Below, piece after piece: positions 36,373 to 46,625 of a stretch of DNA of 64,000 nt; positions within the stretch are counted from its first letter, which is position 1; every line of letters begins with the position of its first letter. The DNA is taken from positions 35,893 through 99,892 of the IMG/VR virus record IMGVR_UViG_3300010347_003561; one strand, 5' to 3'. The position numbers and the translations under genes are program-made. This stretch comes from a virus. Lineage: Duplodnaviria > Caudoviricetes. The notes under the pieces are model-generated. The model searched no databases. It worked only from the letters and a program-made list of their open reading frames with translations, and was not told where the DNA came from.

Positions 36373-38538
36373 ATGGCAACCGCATACAAGATAATACGAG
36401 GACAGATCAAACGGATTCTGTGGGAACACCCATCGACCGGCTTCAAGATGTTCATTCTCGAAGTGGCAGACAAAGACATTCTTTGCCGGGGCGAATTTCC
36501 TACCGCCATCCCGGGCATGGTGGTCTCCCTCGAAGGCAGTCTGAAGAAGCGGCAGAACGCCGATTCGGATATCACCCACGAATTCTCGTTCAAAGATTAT
36601 TCCGTCGATAGCGTTGACAACGCCACGGTCGCGAGAAGCATGCTCGTGGACATGCCAGGGATCGGCGAGAAGACCGCCGACCTCATAGTCGATACCTTCG
36701 GCGACAGAGCATACGAAGTGATATCGACCGGCCAAGAAGAACTGCTCGCCGTGAAAGGAATAGGCGAGAAAACCGTGAACATAATTAAAACCTATATGCA
36801 GAAACTCGACAGGGTACACAAGATACTTGCCGAAGTACACGGAGCAACCAACAGGACGGAACTGTACACGTTGCTCAAGCATCTGGACGAGGAAGAGATC
36901 TCGAACATCTGCGAGATCCCTTACCTGCTTGTCGATTACATGCCAGAGATAGACGTCAAAGCCCTCGACAAAGCGATGACCAAAGAATTCGGAGTCTTCA
37001 AACTCGATTACTACCGTCTCAGAGCCTACGTACTCAGCACTTTCTATTCGGCTCTGCGGCCACGCTCGAACGAGATGCCACGCTATTACATTCCGCCCTT
37101 CGAGCTTATGGAGACGGCAGCGAAGAAGGCAGACGTCGAATTGGCCGACATAAAGAAAGTGGCCGGCCAGATGGTCAACGACGAAGATATCCGCGATATA
37201 AGTGGGAAGGGCATGTGCGCAGGCAAACTCTACGATAAAGCCGAAGAGATAGCCGGCGAACTTCTCCGTGTCCAGAATGCGAATGCTCAACAATTCGATC
37301 GCGCACTCGTCCTTTCGAGAATGGGAGAATGCCAGAAAGAATACACCCTGAACGTACAGCAGCAGGAGTCGATACTATCGGCCTTCACGAGCGGGAAGAT
37401 AAACATATTGAACGGCGGCCCTGGTACCGGCAAATCTCTCACAATATCGACGCTAGTGAGAACGGCCGAGAAATTAGGCCTCACCACGATGATACTAACT
37501 CCTACCGGAAAAGCAGCACAACGCCTACGAGATAACGGGCTGTTCGCTATGACCATTCATCTCGCCCTCGGGTTCGACGGAATGAAGGCCAAGCACGACA
37601 AGGCGCACCCATTCGAAAGGGACTTAATAATCATCGACGAAAGCTCTATGATAGACTTTGACGTTATGCTGATGCTCTTGAGGGCGATAGGCGATTCTAC
37701 GAGAATGGTCTTCGTCGGCGATACCGGGCAACTGCCTCCGGTGGATATCGGAACTCCGTTTCTGGACATGATAACCTCCGGCTTGTTCACAACAACTACG
37801 CTCACCGGTATTTACAGACAGGCCAAGGAAGCAACCGGAATAATCGACTTCGCAAACGCAATAAGGGACGCAAACGTGAAGGCGGCGAGAACTGCCCTTC
37901 GCGGCGGGAAAGGAATACAGTTCGTACCCTCGAAGGCAGACAGCGTCCAGGACATCATAAACATCGTCGGAAAGCTGTACAAAGACAGGGGAGAACACGT
38001 TCTCTTCACCAGCGCGCTAGTCTTAACGCCGACGAGATCCGGTGCGAACAGCGTGAACAACGCGGTACGAAAGTTGCTGGGCCGCACGAAACCTTACGAA
38101 TACGGCGACAAAGTGATGAACACGCTGAATGATTACAGCAGGAACGTGTTCAACGGCGAAATCGGCAGGATAGAAGCCTATACCGATAAGACCTATTACA
38201 TTCAGTATCCGAGCATTCAAGATCCGATAGATTACGACGAATTCGAAATAGGCAAACTGAACCACGCATACTGCATCACTGTCCACAAATCGCAAGGCTC
38301 GGAAAGCCCGCTCATAATCCTCCAGCTTGACAACAAGGATTACATGATGTGGACCAAGCAAATGCTGTACACCGCAGCTACAAGAGCGAGGAACAAGCTC
38401 GTGGTAGTAGGGTCGCCTTCGTCGGAAAGCGATCCGGGAATTCTGGCGAAGATACTCCAGAAGAAAAATTCAGATATAGAATACTCGAGTATCCTCACGG
38501 ATATCCTCACAGCCAGAAAGGAGAGCGTAGCTGCATGA
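36373..38538 (+). CDS. recD2: RecD2-like SF1B helicase
   Basis: HhH PGIGEKTA/KGIGEKT, GGPGTGKS, PTGKAA, DESSM, GDTGQLPPV, YRQ, AYCITVHKSQGSE, YTAATRA. Confidence 0.92.
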   Translation: MATAYKIIRGQIKRILWEHPSTGFKMFILEVADKDILCRGEFPTAIPGMVVSLEGSLKKRQNADSDITHEFSFKDYSVDSVDNATVARSMLVDMPGIGEKTADLIVDTFGDRAYEVISTGQEELLAVKGIGEKTVNIIKTYMQKLDRVHKILAEVHGATNRTELYTLLKHLDEEEISNICEIPYLLVDYMPEIDVKALDKAMTKEFGVFKLDYYRLRAYVLSTFYSALRPRSNEMPRYYIPPFELMETAAKKADVELADIKKVAGQMVNDEDIRDISGKGMCAGKLYDKAEEIAGELLRVQNANAQQFDRALVLSRMGECQKEYTLNVQQQESILSAFTSGKINILNGGPGTGKSLTISTLVRTAEKLGLTTMILTPTGKAAQRLRDNGLFAMTIHLALGFDGMKAKHDKAHPFERDLIIIDESSMIDFDVMLMLLRAIGDSTRMVFVGDTGQLPPVDIGTPFLDMITSGLFTTTTLTGIYRQAKEATGIIDFANAIRDANVKAARTALRGGKGIQFVPSKADSVQDIINIVGKLYKDRGEHVLFTSALVLTPTRSGANSVNNAVRKLLGRTKPYEYGDKVMNTLNDYSRNVFNGEIGRIEAYTDKTYYIQYPSIQDPIDYDEFEIGKLNHAYCITVHKSQGSESPLIILQLDNKDYMMWTKQMLYTAATRARNKLVVVGSPSSESDPGILAKILQKKNSDIEYSSILTDILTARKESVAA

Positions 38539-39611
38539 TAGACAGATTCCAGAAGAAAGTAGCAACAAACGACCAGAGAATAGTCATCGCCGGACCTGGT
38601 ACCGGAAAGACCACGACGATCTGCGAGAAAGTTAGGTTTCTCGTAAAGGAACGCGGGATACAACCCGGCGATATAGCCGTTCTCTCCTTCACCAAAGAAG
38701 CAGCCGAGAACATACGAAGCAGGGCGGGTTTCCCAGTCCACGCATCTACTATCCATTCATTGGCTTATGGCACGGCACGTTCCCTCGGAATAACCTCGAA
38801 CATCATCGAGCAAGAACAGGCAAGCCTCCTGGTAGAACAGTTCGGCGAGCCTGTCCAGATACTTAACTTGATAGACCTGTTCAGGCTCGGGAAGGTCGAG
38901 GATAGAGAGATCGCCGGCACGATGCTGTCGGATATAGTGGAGCAGTACGAAGGTTTTCTCGGCGCATCCGGCGCCATGGACTTCTTCCAGATGGTGCAGG
39001 GTGCGAAGGAAATCCTCCGGTACAAACCAACGAGAAGGCATGTCAAGACGTTCGAATACGTGATAGTTGACGAGGCGCAGGATATCACCGTCTCGGAGTA
39101 CGAATTCGTCAAGGAGATAGTCGATTGGCCGGACAACCTCGTCCTCGTCGGCGATCCGTACCAGTCGATATATTCCTTCCGCGGAGCCTCTTCCATCATG
39201 TCGGAACTCATAAAGGCCGGCGCAAAGACGGATATCCTTCGTCAAACGTACAGGTACGGAAAGAGAATACTCGACTATTCCCGTTGCCTAGTCGAGAGGA
39301 TAGACATAGGCGTCGATTATGAGATGATACCAAACGATATAGAAGACGAAGTGCTGACACTCACGAGGGAAAATGCGAAGGTCGCGGCAAAACGCCTTTC
39401 AGGAGAAAGTTGCGCATTCCTGGCCCGGGCGAACTACCAGGCCGACGAACTGGCCGGTACAAAATGCTACACTGGTACGATACACAGTGCCAAAGGACTA
39501 GAATGGAACAACGTTTTTCTGCTACTGAAGTATTCGCACTCGCCGGAAGAAACCTTCGTCAACTACGTGGCCGCCACGAGGGCGAAAAGAAGGCTAATAA
39601 TTATCTATTGA
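38535..39611 (+). CDS. compact UvrD/Rep-like SF1A helicase
   Basis: AGPGTGKT, DEAQD, GDPYQSIYSFRGA, TIHSAKGLE, YVAATRAK. Confidence 0.88.
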   Translation: MIDRFQKKVATNDQRIVIAGPGTGKTTTICEKVRFLVKERGIQPGDIAVLSFTKEAAENIRSRAGFPVHASTIHSLAYGTARSLGITSNIIEQEQASLLVEQFGEPVQILNLIDLFRLGKVEDREIAGTMLSDIVEQYEGFLGASGAMDFFQMVQGAKEILRYKPTRRHVKTFEYVIVDEAQDITVSEYEFVKEIVDWPDNLVLVGDPYQSIYSFRGASSIMSELIKAGAKTDILRQTYRYGKRILDYSRCLVERIDIGVDYEMIPNDIEDEVLTLTRENAKVAAKRLSGESCAFLARANYQADELAGTKCYTGTIHSAKGLEWNNVFLLLKYSHSPEETFVNYVAATRAKRRLIIIY

Positions 39612-39622
39612 GGAGGTATTGA

Positions 39623-40708
39623 ATGAAACTGGCATTCGAAACGGCTCTGCTACAAAAAGTCAACGACGTCTGCCTCGCCTTCGCCGGCTCTACTATTGAC
39701 GACGCAAACAAGTATTTGACGATTCAGACGTGCAAAAACAAAGTCTATATGTACGTGTCAGACGGATTCGGAATATTCTCGCTGGTTAGGACGACGAACG
39801 TGGAATTTCAGGATCTCGTGATGCGTATAGAATTGTCCGTCTTCAAAGACATAGCAAGAAACTGTCAAGACAAACTGGTCCAAATAGATTTAGACAACGA
39901 TTCGGCAAAGATTGAAAGCGGTTCGCGAACATTCGTAGCGCCGGCCTTCAAAGACAACTCAAAACCGATAACCTTCGATCAGTTCATGGATACTTCGTCT
40001 GGCATCGAAGCGTCGGAACTGTCCAAGCTCATAGACAACGCTAGCTTCGTTGCCTCATATGGCTACGAGAACGCCGACATAATCATGTTCAAGCGCCAGA
40101 GTTCCATCGTGTGTCTCGGAAACGGAAACGGGCTGTCATACTTCGAAATGAAGGGCGAGTTCGACGAGAACACCGTCGTTACATTCCCATACACGACGTC
40201 CCGCCATTTCTTCAAGGCGCTCGAATTCATTCCGAAAGACGCGAAACTCCAGTTGTACTCCTTCCAGGGGAACACACTCTTCGCAGGCTCCAGTTATCTT
40301 TTCATGTTTCCAAGGATACCCGACGAGAGATACCGCGGGATCGTGGAGCTTTCCGGAGAATATATCTCGCTGGTCAAAGATACGCCGGTTGCTACGTTGG
40401 ATTATTCGTCGCTGAAAGATACGGCGGCGATGCTTTCGAAATTCGAAAACAACCACAGGACTCAGACGATGCTCAGGTTCGACAAATATGGCTTTCTCAA
40501 CTTCGATTCCGTCGCGGACAAGACGGTGAAAGTTAGCGACAGGATGAAGGTCGAGAACCTGCCGGCGAATTTCCAGCCCGCGAAAGTAAATTGCCGGAGC
40601 CTGAACTCCTTCCTCGCAAGAACCAGAAAGAGCAAGATAGGACTGGCAATGACCAAGTACGGCCCTCTTTTCACAACACTCTCACGCGATTTCGCAATAA
40701 TAGCATAG
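39623..40708 (+). CDS. hypothetical protein, possibly a highly divergent beta-clamp
   Basis: 361 aa; repeated helix/strand periodicity reminiscent of the three clamp domains; located in the replication cluster. Confidence 0.4.
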   Translation: MKLAFETALLQKVNDVCLAFAGSTIDDANKYLTIQTCKNKVYMYVSDGFGIFSLVRTTNVEFQDLVMRIELSVFKDIARNCQDKLVQIDLDNDSAKIESGSRTFVAPAFKDNSKPITFDQFMDTSSGIEASELSKLIDNASFVASYGYENADIIMFKRQSSIVCLGNGNGLSYFEMKGEFDENTVVTFPYTTSRHFFKALEFIPKDAKLQLYSFQGNTLFAGSSYLFMFPRIPDERYRGIVELSGEYISLVKDTPVATLDYSSLKDTAAMLSKFENNHRTQTMLRFDKYGFLNFDSVADKTVKVSDRMKVENLPANFQPAKVNCRSLNSFLARTRKSKIGLAMTKYGPLFTTLSRDFAIIA

Positions 40709-40717
40709 GAGGCTATC

Positions 40718-41347
40718 ATGGACGAAATGATCTACGTCGTTCCGACGGAAAAGGTTATGAAGCTCATCGACTCTTTTCAGACGAAAGACTACATCTTCGA
40801 GGAAGACAGCCGAAACTTGCTCTTCGATACGATACTCGCTTACAGAACACTCGCAAGAAGAGGAGACGTCGAAGAAAATCCGTCCTTCCTGCAAGTGATA
40901 CCATATGCAACCATATACACGAAGGAAAACGGCGAATACTTATTCCTCGCGTACAAGAGAAGCTCGAAAGGCAACGAAAAACGCCTTCGAAACGAAAAGT
41001 CGATAGGCTTCGGCGGCCACATGAACGACAGAGACAATTGCGCAATAACATGCCTCGAAAGAGAATTGAAAGAGGAACTCTCGATCGATCTCATGCCGCA
41101 CAACCTCGAATTCTCTGGCGTTATCTACACTCCCTACGTCGATGTTTCCAAAGTACACGTCGGACTCCATTACATGTACTACATTCACCCGGAGAAAGAC
41201 GTTTCAATATCCGAAGAAATAGAGTCGATTGAACTCCTGAATTACAAAGAACTTCTCGAAATACGTTCGAATCTGGAGTTGTGGTCGAAAACTATCGCTT
41301 ATCAGATGCCGAATATCTTAGATTCAAGTGTCTTAACGACGATATAG
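40718..41347 (+). CDS. NUDIX-family hydrolase
   Basis: QVIPY, EKRL...SIGFGGH, RELKEEL Nudix box, VHVG. Confidence 0.8.
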   Translation: MDEMIYVVPTEKVMKLIDSFQTKDYIFEEDSRNLLFDTILAYRTLARRGDVEENPSFLQVIPYATIYTKENGEYLFLAYKRSSKGNEKRLRNEKSIGFGGHMNDRDNCAITCLERELKEELSIDLMPHNLEFSGVIYTPYVDVSKVHVGLHYMYYIHPEKDVSISEEIESIELLNYKELLEIRSNLELWSKTIAYQMPNILDSSVLTTI

Positions 41348-41433
41348 TTACTGCGTAGTAAGTTACTTCGTCGTATAAAACACGGCGTAGAAGATACGGC
41401 TTGAGTACCCGAGCTGCCTGAATTTTGGTAATG

Positions 41434-42225
41434 TCAAAGACCGAAACAAGGGGCGATTTCTCGAAGCATCGCATTCAAGATTTTCGCCCCTCGCCTTTCT
41501 TTTCGCAGTCTTACAAGATCAAGTAAAGAAACTCCGAATAGCTCAGCTATATCCTTCAAACTCCATACAAGGCACTTGCCAGCGTCTCTAAATGTTTTAT
41601 AAGTCCTCATTAACCGATACGGCTTGAGTACCTTTTTCCTGACGCGGATTTCCCTGTATTCCGGAGTTATCCGTAACAGTTGCGAATCGGAGTTCCCTTC
41701 ACTCGATTGTACTACACAGCCTTCCGTAATTACAACGGAGGGCTTGACCTTTTGCTCTATATCCACGTACCTGTCTGTTCTTTCTATCTGTCCAGTCTCG
41801 ACGAGACGTTGAATTATCTTTCGGACCTGCCTCTCCGACATTCCAAGAAGAGACGCGACAGATTTCGCCGAGATATGCACGTAGTATTCAAGGCAAGACA
41901 GCACGAGAAAATCCCTGAACGCGCCGAACGTAGATATCTCACCAAGCGAGACTTCCCTCAAGTGGTTGTTGAACTTCACTTTCAGGCTTTCGAGGAAAAC
42001 AACATCTCCGTTCCTTCCTCTGACAAATTCCGATTCGAGAAACATATCGACGTATTTCTTCGATCTGGTCAGGTTCGAATCGAGAGTGTGCGATACAAAT
42101 TCAATAGAGGACAGAAACACGGTCCCGTTTTGAGTGTAATCACGCAGGAGTACAGCCATGTAAAGCATCTTCAGATATTTCTTCGACTTTCCTATTCGAC
42201 GTTTTAGTGCGACAGGGACCTTCAT
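41434..42225 (-). CDS. HTH DNA-binding protein, divergently transcribed
   Basis: SAKSVASLLGMSERQVRKIIQRLVETGQI wHTH; second HTH-like LKDIAELFGVS; GGAG RBS. Confidence 0.7.
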   Translation of the reverse strand: MKVPVALKRRIGKSKKYLKMLYMAVLLRDYTQNGTVFLSSIEFVSHTLDSNLTRSKKYVDMFLESEFVRGRNGDVVFLESLKVKFNNHLREVSLGEISTFGAFRDFLVLSCLEYYVHISAKSVASLLGMSERQVRKIIQRLVETGQIERTDRYVDIEQKVKPSVVITEGCVVQSSEGNSDSQLLRITPEYREIRVRKKVLKPYRLMRTYKTFRDAGKCLVWSLKDIAELFGVSLLDLVRLRKERRGAKILNAMLREIAPCFGL

Positions 42226-42285
42226 CTATTTATATGCTCCGTCACATGATATTTTCACGATGAGTATAACACAGGGAGGTATTTA

Positions 42286-42792
42286 ATGAACAATCCTACA
42301 TTCAAATTTCAGATCGATATTACAGGCTTCATATCAAACATATACAACCAATCGACGCCGGTACAAAACGGCAAATACGTGCGCCGGCATTATTCGTTGT
42401 GGACCAAGACGAAAACTTCTCCTCGCTGGATAGACGTTTACATCACAGGCGAACCGAACGACGCGAGATGGAAGGCGCTTACGGAAAACAGGATAATACA
42501 GTTCAGCACGGACAACGTGATCATAAAACCTTCTGAGAAGAAAGAGGGAGGTTTCATCATTGCCTATCTCTTTCTCTCCGACATTTACTTCAACGGAATG
42601 TATAAAAACGAAAAGTCTCAGCAAGAACAACCGGCTCAGAACTCCTCTCGAGCTGTTAACCAAAAGCAGGAGCAACCGGCAGAAAACAAATTCGAAAACG
42701 ACGACAACTACGACATTCTGAAAGAACTCGAAGGAGACGTTGGAATTCCGACGATCACCTTCAACGACGAAGACTTAGGATTAGGAGGCTGA
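42286..42792 (+). CDS. putative divergent SSB (OB-fold plus acidic tail)
   Basis: ITGFI..., WIDVYITG, Q/N-rich linker, acidic C-terminus; precedes recA. Confidence 0.45.
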   Translation: MNNPTFKFQIDITGFISNIYNQSTPVQNGKYVRRHYSLWTKTKTSPRWIDVYITGEPNDARWKALTENRIIQFSTDNVIIKPSEKKEGGFIIAYLFLSDIYFNGMYKNEKSQQEQPAQNSSRAVNQKQEQPAENKFENDDNYDILKELEGDVGIPTITFNDEDLGLGG

Positions 42793-42793
42793 A

Positions 42794-43969
42794 ATGGCGG
42801 CAAAGGCTAAGAAACTGTTCGATACAAGTAGCGATGCAAACAAACTCAAGACCTTGCGGGACATAGTCGTCCCGCCGCAGCAGATAACCGGCGAGTTCGT
42901 TCCGATACATATTCCACAGATCGATAGGGTCCTCGGCGGCGGTGTTCTCACCGGCAAGATGCTAGAAATATACGGCGATATGCACTCGGGAAAGACGACG
43001 CTCGGTCTGAAAGTCGTGAAGGCCTTCCTCGACTATTTCCCGTCGAAAGCCGTTATCTGGATCGACATTGAACACGCTTTCAGCCCGAAATGGGCCTCTA
43101 TAAACGGCGTCGATCAGAACGACGAACGCTTCATCATAAAGCAGACAGACGACATAGAGCTCACGCTCATGGAAGTCTCGCGAGCCGTCGAAACCCTGCC
43201 GGGGACCATATCGCTCGTGGTTATCGACAGCGTGGCCGCGATGAAACCGAAAGAGAACTGGCTCGACGCGAAACCGTCCGAGAATCCTTATGACTCCAAC
43301 GCAATAGGTAGCCATGCGAGGTTCCTGGCACAGGTACTTCCGCGTTTCGTACCGCTATGTTCGAACCAGAACGTAACTATTCTGGCACTGAACCAGGCCC
43401 GCACAAACATGGGTCGAGGAATGGCCTACACCGATTCTACCGGCGGACGCGCTATGAAACACTACGTCTCGTACAAACTGGAATTGAGGCCGAGCATGAT
43501 CTTCAAGCACGACGAGGCTTATGACGTCTCTATACGGGAAGGCATAAGGGTAAAGGTATTCTGCAACAAGAACAGGTTCGGTCAGCCGTACATGCAGGAG
43601 GAATTCGTAATAAACCCGTCGCACGGTCTCTCATACGTGGATAACGTAGTCGAATTCGCCATCGCGCACGGTATCGTTGAAACGCGCGGTAGCTGGTTCA
43701 ACTATACCTATTCGGTCAAAGACAGAGACGGGAACGCCGTCGAGAAGCAATGCAAGGCGCAGGGCTCCAAAGCATTCCTTGAAGTCATAAGGACCACGGT
43801 GGAAGCTTACAGGCACCTGCTCGACCACGTTTACGACTCTCTCATGTTCGACCTCGAAAACGCATACGACTTCGATTACGAGCCACATCTCGACGGAGGG
43901 GATGGCAATGAGCAAAAAGCCGAAGCAGATGGAAAAGAACAGATCGAGATTTCAGAAGTCGTATCATGA
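42794..43969 (+). CDS. recA: RecA-like recombinase
   Basis: IDRVLGGG, EIYGDMHSGKTT, IDIEHA, VIDSVAA, LNQAR, TGGRAMKHY, KNRFG, GSWF. Confidence 0.92.
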   Translation: MAAKAKKLFDTSSDANKLKTLRDIVVPPQQITGEFVPIHIPQIDRVLGGGVLTGKMLEIYGDMHSGKTTLGLKVVKAFLDYFPSKAVIWIDIEHAFSPKWASINGVDQNDERFIIKQTDDIELTLMEVSRAVETLPGTISLVVIDSVAAMKPKENWLDAKPSENPYDSNAIGSHARFLAQVLPRFVPLCSNQNVTILALNQARTNMGRGMAYTDSTGGRAMKHYVSYKLELRPSMIFKHDEAYDVSIREGIRVKVFCNKNRFGQPYMQEEFVINPSHGLSYVDNVVEFAIAHGIVETRGSWFNYTYSVKDRDGNAVEKQCKAQGSKAFLEVIRTTVEAYRHLLDHVYDSLMFDLENAYDFDYEPHLDGGDGNEQKAEADGKEQIEISEVVS

Positions 43970-44207
43970 ACTGCGCGGAATAGAATTGTCGCAGCACCTC
44001 GAACACGTCCCGATGGCGCGTCAGAGCGCCGCCGGGTCCGCAATTCTAATCCGAGCCATAATAGACCTTATGAACCTACATTCGGCAAAACCGAACGACA
44101 TAGCGTCGGAGTTGCTCGCCATTTCCGGCGAAGACGCGCTTGCCGAAATTGCGAGTAACCTCGAAGCGATATCTTCGGAATTGAGGAGATTGCTGTGCAT
44201 ATCCTGA
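43902..44207 (+). CDS. hypothetical protein
   Basis: GGAGG RBS. Confidence 0.5.
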   Translation: MAMSKKPKQMEKNRSRFQKSYHELRGIELSQHLEHVPMARQSAAGSAILIRAIIDLMNLHSAKPNDIASELLAISGEDALAEIASNLEAISSELRRLLCIS

Positions 44208-44860
44208 AAGCTCTCTCGATTCTAGGTCTCGACCGATTCCCCGACGAAAGGGAATTAAAAAACGCGTACAGGGAGGCTGCCAAATTCTTTCACCCGGACA
44301 GAAACAGTGGAAACAGCTTATCTTCGCAGGCTTTCAGGGAAACGAAGGAAGCCTATGAATTGTTGCGTTCGAAAAAATACAGCGCGGACGTGAATGTCAC
44401 GCCGGTGAATATCGACGCAAAAATTTTCATCGATGGAAAATTTGTTGCTACGTATTTAGACATTTTGCCGTGTGGCTGCCGTGGAGGGTACACTTCGCCA
44501 ATATCTGTGTGCGGAAAATGCGGCGGTTCTGGCATACGAGAGTCGAAGATAGAGGAAACGGTGAACATCGATGAATGTTCCTTTTCGCAGTTGAACGGCT
44601 CTGTAGTAGCCGAACACGATTGTAACCTCTATCTTCTTATACCAGATGAACACTCGACTTTGAACGTGAAAGCCGAAACGCTGGAGATGAAAACGCTTGC
44701 AAGCGCGACACAGAAGGATTTTCTGATCTCGGAAAGCGTGATATACAAGCCGCTGTCTATCGACCTCGGAACCAGCTACGACAGCTTCGAAACCGCTTCT
44801 CTCTCGCTTTCCTCGCATAGGATTTTCACCATCTTAATTCGACTTGCAATAACAATTTAA
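44195..44860 (+). CDS. J-domain (DnaJ-like) protein
   Basis: LKNAYREAAKFFHPDRN...EAYELL; CGKCGGSG zinc motif. Confidence 0.85.
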   Translation: MHILKALSILGLDRFPDERELKNAYREAAKFFHPDRNSGNSLSSQAFRETKEAYELLRSKKYSADVNVTPVNIDAKIFIDGKFVATYLDILPCGCRGGYTSPISVCGKCGGSGIRESKIEETVNIDECSFSQLNGSVVAEHDCNLYLLIPDEHSTLNVKAETLEMKTLASATQKDFLISESVIYKPLSIDLGTSYDSFETASLSLSSHRIFTILIRLAITI

Positions 44861-44912
44861 CTGCCTCAGACAATTTTATAATCCTAACAAAAGACATACC
44901 CGGAGGTAAATC

Positions 44913-45188
44913 ATGTATTTTATCGGAAGCGTCCAGATGGGGCATCTTGGACGAAAGAAAGGCTACGAAACAACGGCGCCGATAGTCGCAAAAGACGCAT
45001 ATACAGCCTTCGAGAAAGCAAAAAGCATACCGGCGGTGAAATCTGTTTGCGGAATCAGCGAAACAAACACGGAAGGCTTTATAGCTGCATGCGTAGCAAA
45101 GATCGAAGACCCGTACTCGGTGGCTATATCACGATGGATAATAGGCAATCTTGTAGTAGCGGTTTCCAATTACGCCGGAGGTAAATGA
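44913..45188 (+). CDS. hypothetical protein
   Basis: GGAGGT RBS. Confidence 0.65.
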   Translation: MYFIGSVQMGHLGRKKGYETTAPIVAKDAYTAFEKAKSIPAVKSVCGISETNTEGFIAACVAKIEDPYSVAISRWIIGNLVVAVSNYAGGK

Positions 45189-46057
45189 TGCAAACCTTTG
45201 CCAAAGTCCTTGCAGAAGAACGAATACAGAAGCTTATCCCGAACTCACACCTAGAAGATGGACTCCACGTAGTAATAAGCGACTTGCATATCCCTTACCA
45301 CATACCAGAACTCGTAATGCTGATCTCGGAACAGTATTCTTCCCAGGCACGTTCTATAATAATCGACGGAGATTTAATCGACGCTGAATCAATCAGTAAA
45401 TTCAAAAAGACCGGCCGAATAGGACGTTTGTGCGAAGCTTACGAAACGTCGAAAGAACTCGTCTGGTCGCTTGCAAGACAGTTCCCGCGCGTCGATCTCA
45501 TAGAAGGGAACCACGAATTCCGGACCCACTCCGGCCGCGTCTCGTTAGACGACGCTGAATTCAGCTTCTTCGACTCCTTCGATATGCTTGAACACATAGC
45601 TTCGGGAGATTCCGTTTGTTACGACGATTTATCTCAAGAAACTATCCTGCAACGTTCCACTAACGCCCCTTCAAACGTTAGTTACCAACATTCCGGACTG
45701 ATAAATTATAATAATGGTATATTCATCGGACACCCGCATCATTATTCGAAGATACAGGCCAGAACGGTTATTAACACGATTCAAGACCTAAAACTCGAAC
45801 GAACGGACATTTCAAACATCGATGCGGTGATCATTGGTCATACTCACAAAATAGTCAACGGAATATACACTTACGGCGTTACTGGATACGAAATCGGTTG
45901 CCTTTGCGGACGGCTGAAATACGCGAAGAACACGGCGAGGCAATCCAGGCCGGCTTGGGGGTTTATGCTCATGTACATTAAAGACGGGAAGATAGATACT
46001 TTTTCTTCGAAAGTAGTGAATCTTTCTTCGCCAGAAATGGCAGCGATATTGTTGTAG
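45185..46057 (+). CDS. calcineurin-like metallophosphoesterase
   Basis: SDLHIP, GDLID, GNHE, GHTH. Confidence 0.88.
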   Translation: MMQTFAKVLAEERIQKLIPNSHLEDGLHVVISDLHIPYHIPELVMLISEQYSSQARSIIIDGDLIDAESISKFKKTGRIGRLCEAYETSKELVWSLARQFPRVDLIEGNHEFRTHSGRVSLDDAEFSFFDSFDMLEHIASGDSVCYDDLSQETILQRSTNAPSNVSYQHSGLINYNNGIFIGHPHHYSKIQARTVINTIQDLKLERTDISNIDAVIIGHTHKIVNGIYTYGVTGYEIGCLCGRLKYAKNTARQSRPAWGFMLMYIKDGKIDTFSSKVVNLSSPEMAAILL

Positions 46058-46084
46058 AGTACGTAAAAGCATCGGAGGGGCAAT

Positions 46085-46540
46085 ATGAAGTTTGATTCGT
46101 GGCTGAACATCCTGAAAGATGGAAATGGCAAGAGCAAGTTGAGTCACAAAATCGTGCGCGAAAGCTTAGATCTTTTCAGACTCTTCGTCACACCCGACAC
46201 AAAGACTTACGAAGTGATCTACCTAAGAGAAATTCAACAGCTCGAATGGACAGCAATTGACGAAACGATCCCCGGATTGAACCCAGGCGAATCACAGAAC
46301 ATTCATCGAAGCGTGCAGGAAATTCTTGCCGATCTCATAGTGGTGTCTATCATGGAAGAATACAAGATACCACAGACTACACTTATCGACGAAGATGGAG
46401 AATTGCTCTTCGACGACATTATTTCTGCGCTGATACACGAGACTATCAAAAATTTAGATACTAGGGAAAAACTCGTGTACAAGAAACGAACCAAGAAAAA
46501 CAAACGAAAAACAGAAAATACTACCATATCTCTGTTTTAG
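46085..46540 (+). CDS. hypothetical protein
   Basis: GGAGG RBS; followed by terminator GCAGGGCC-TCTTT-GGCCCTGC T-run. Confidence 0.65.
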   Translation: MKFDSWLNILKDGNGKSKLSHKIVRESLDLFRLFVTPDTKTYEVIYLREIQQLEWTAIDETIPGLNPGESQNIHRSVQEILADLIVVSIMEEYKIPQTTLIDEDGELLFDDIISALIHETIKNLDTREKLVYKKRTKKNKRKTENTTISLF

Positions 46541-46625
46541 CGGTAGTGGATTCGAAACAGGCAGGGCCTCTTTGGCCCTGCTTTTTTTATTTGCATGAAC
46601 GAATGCTTGAATTTCGAAAGGAGGT

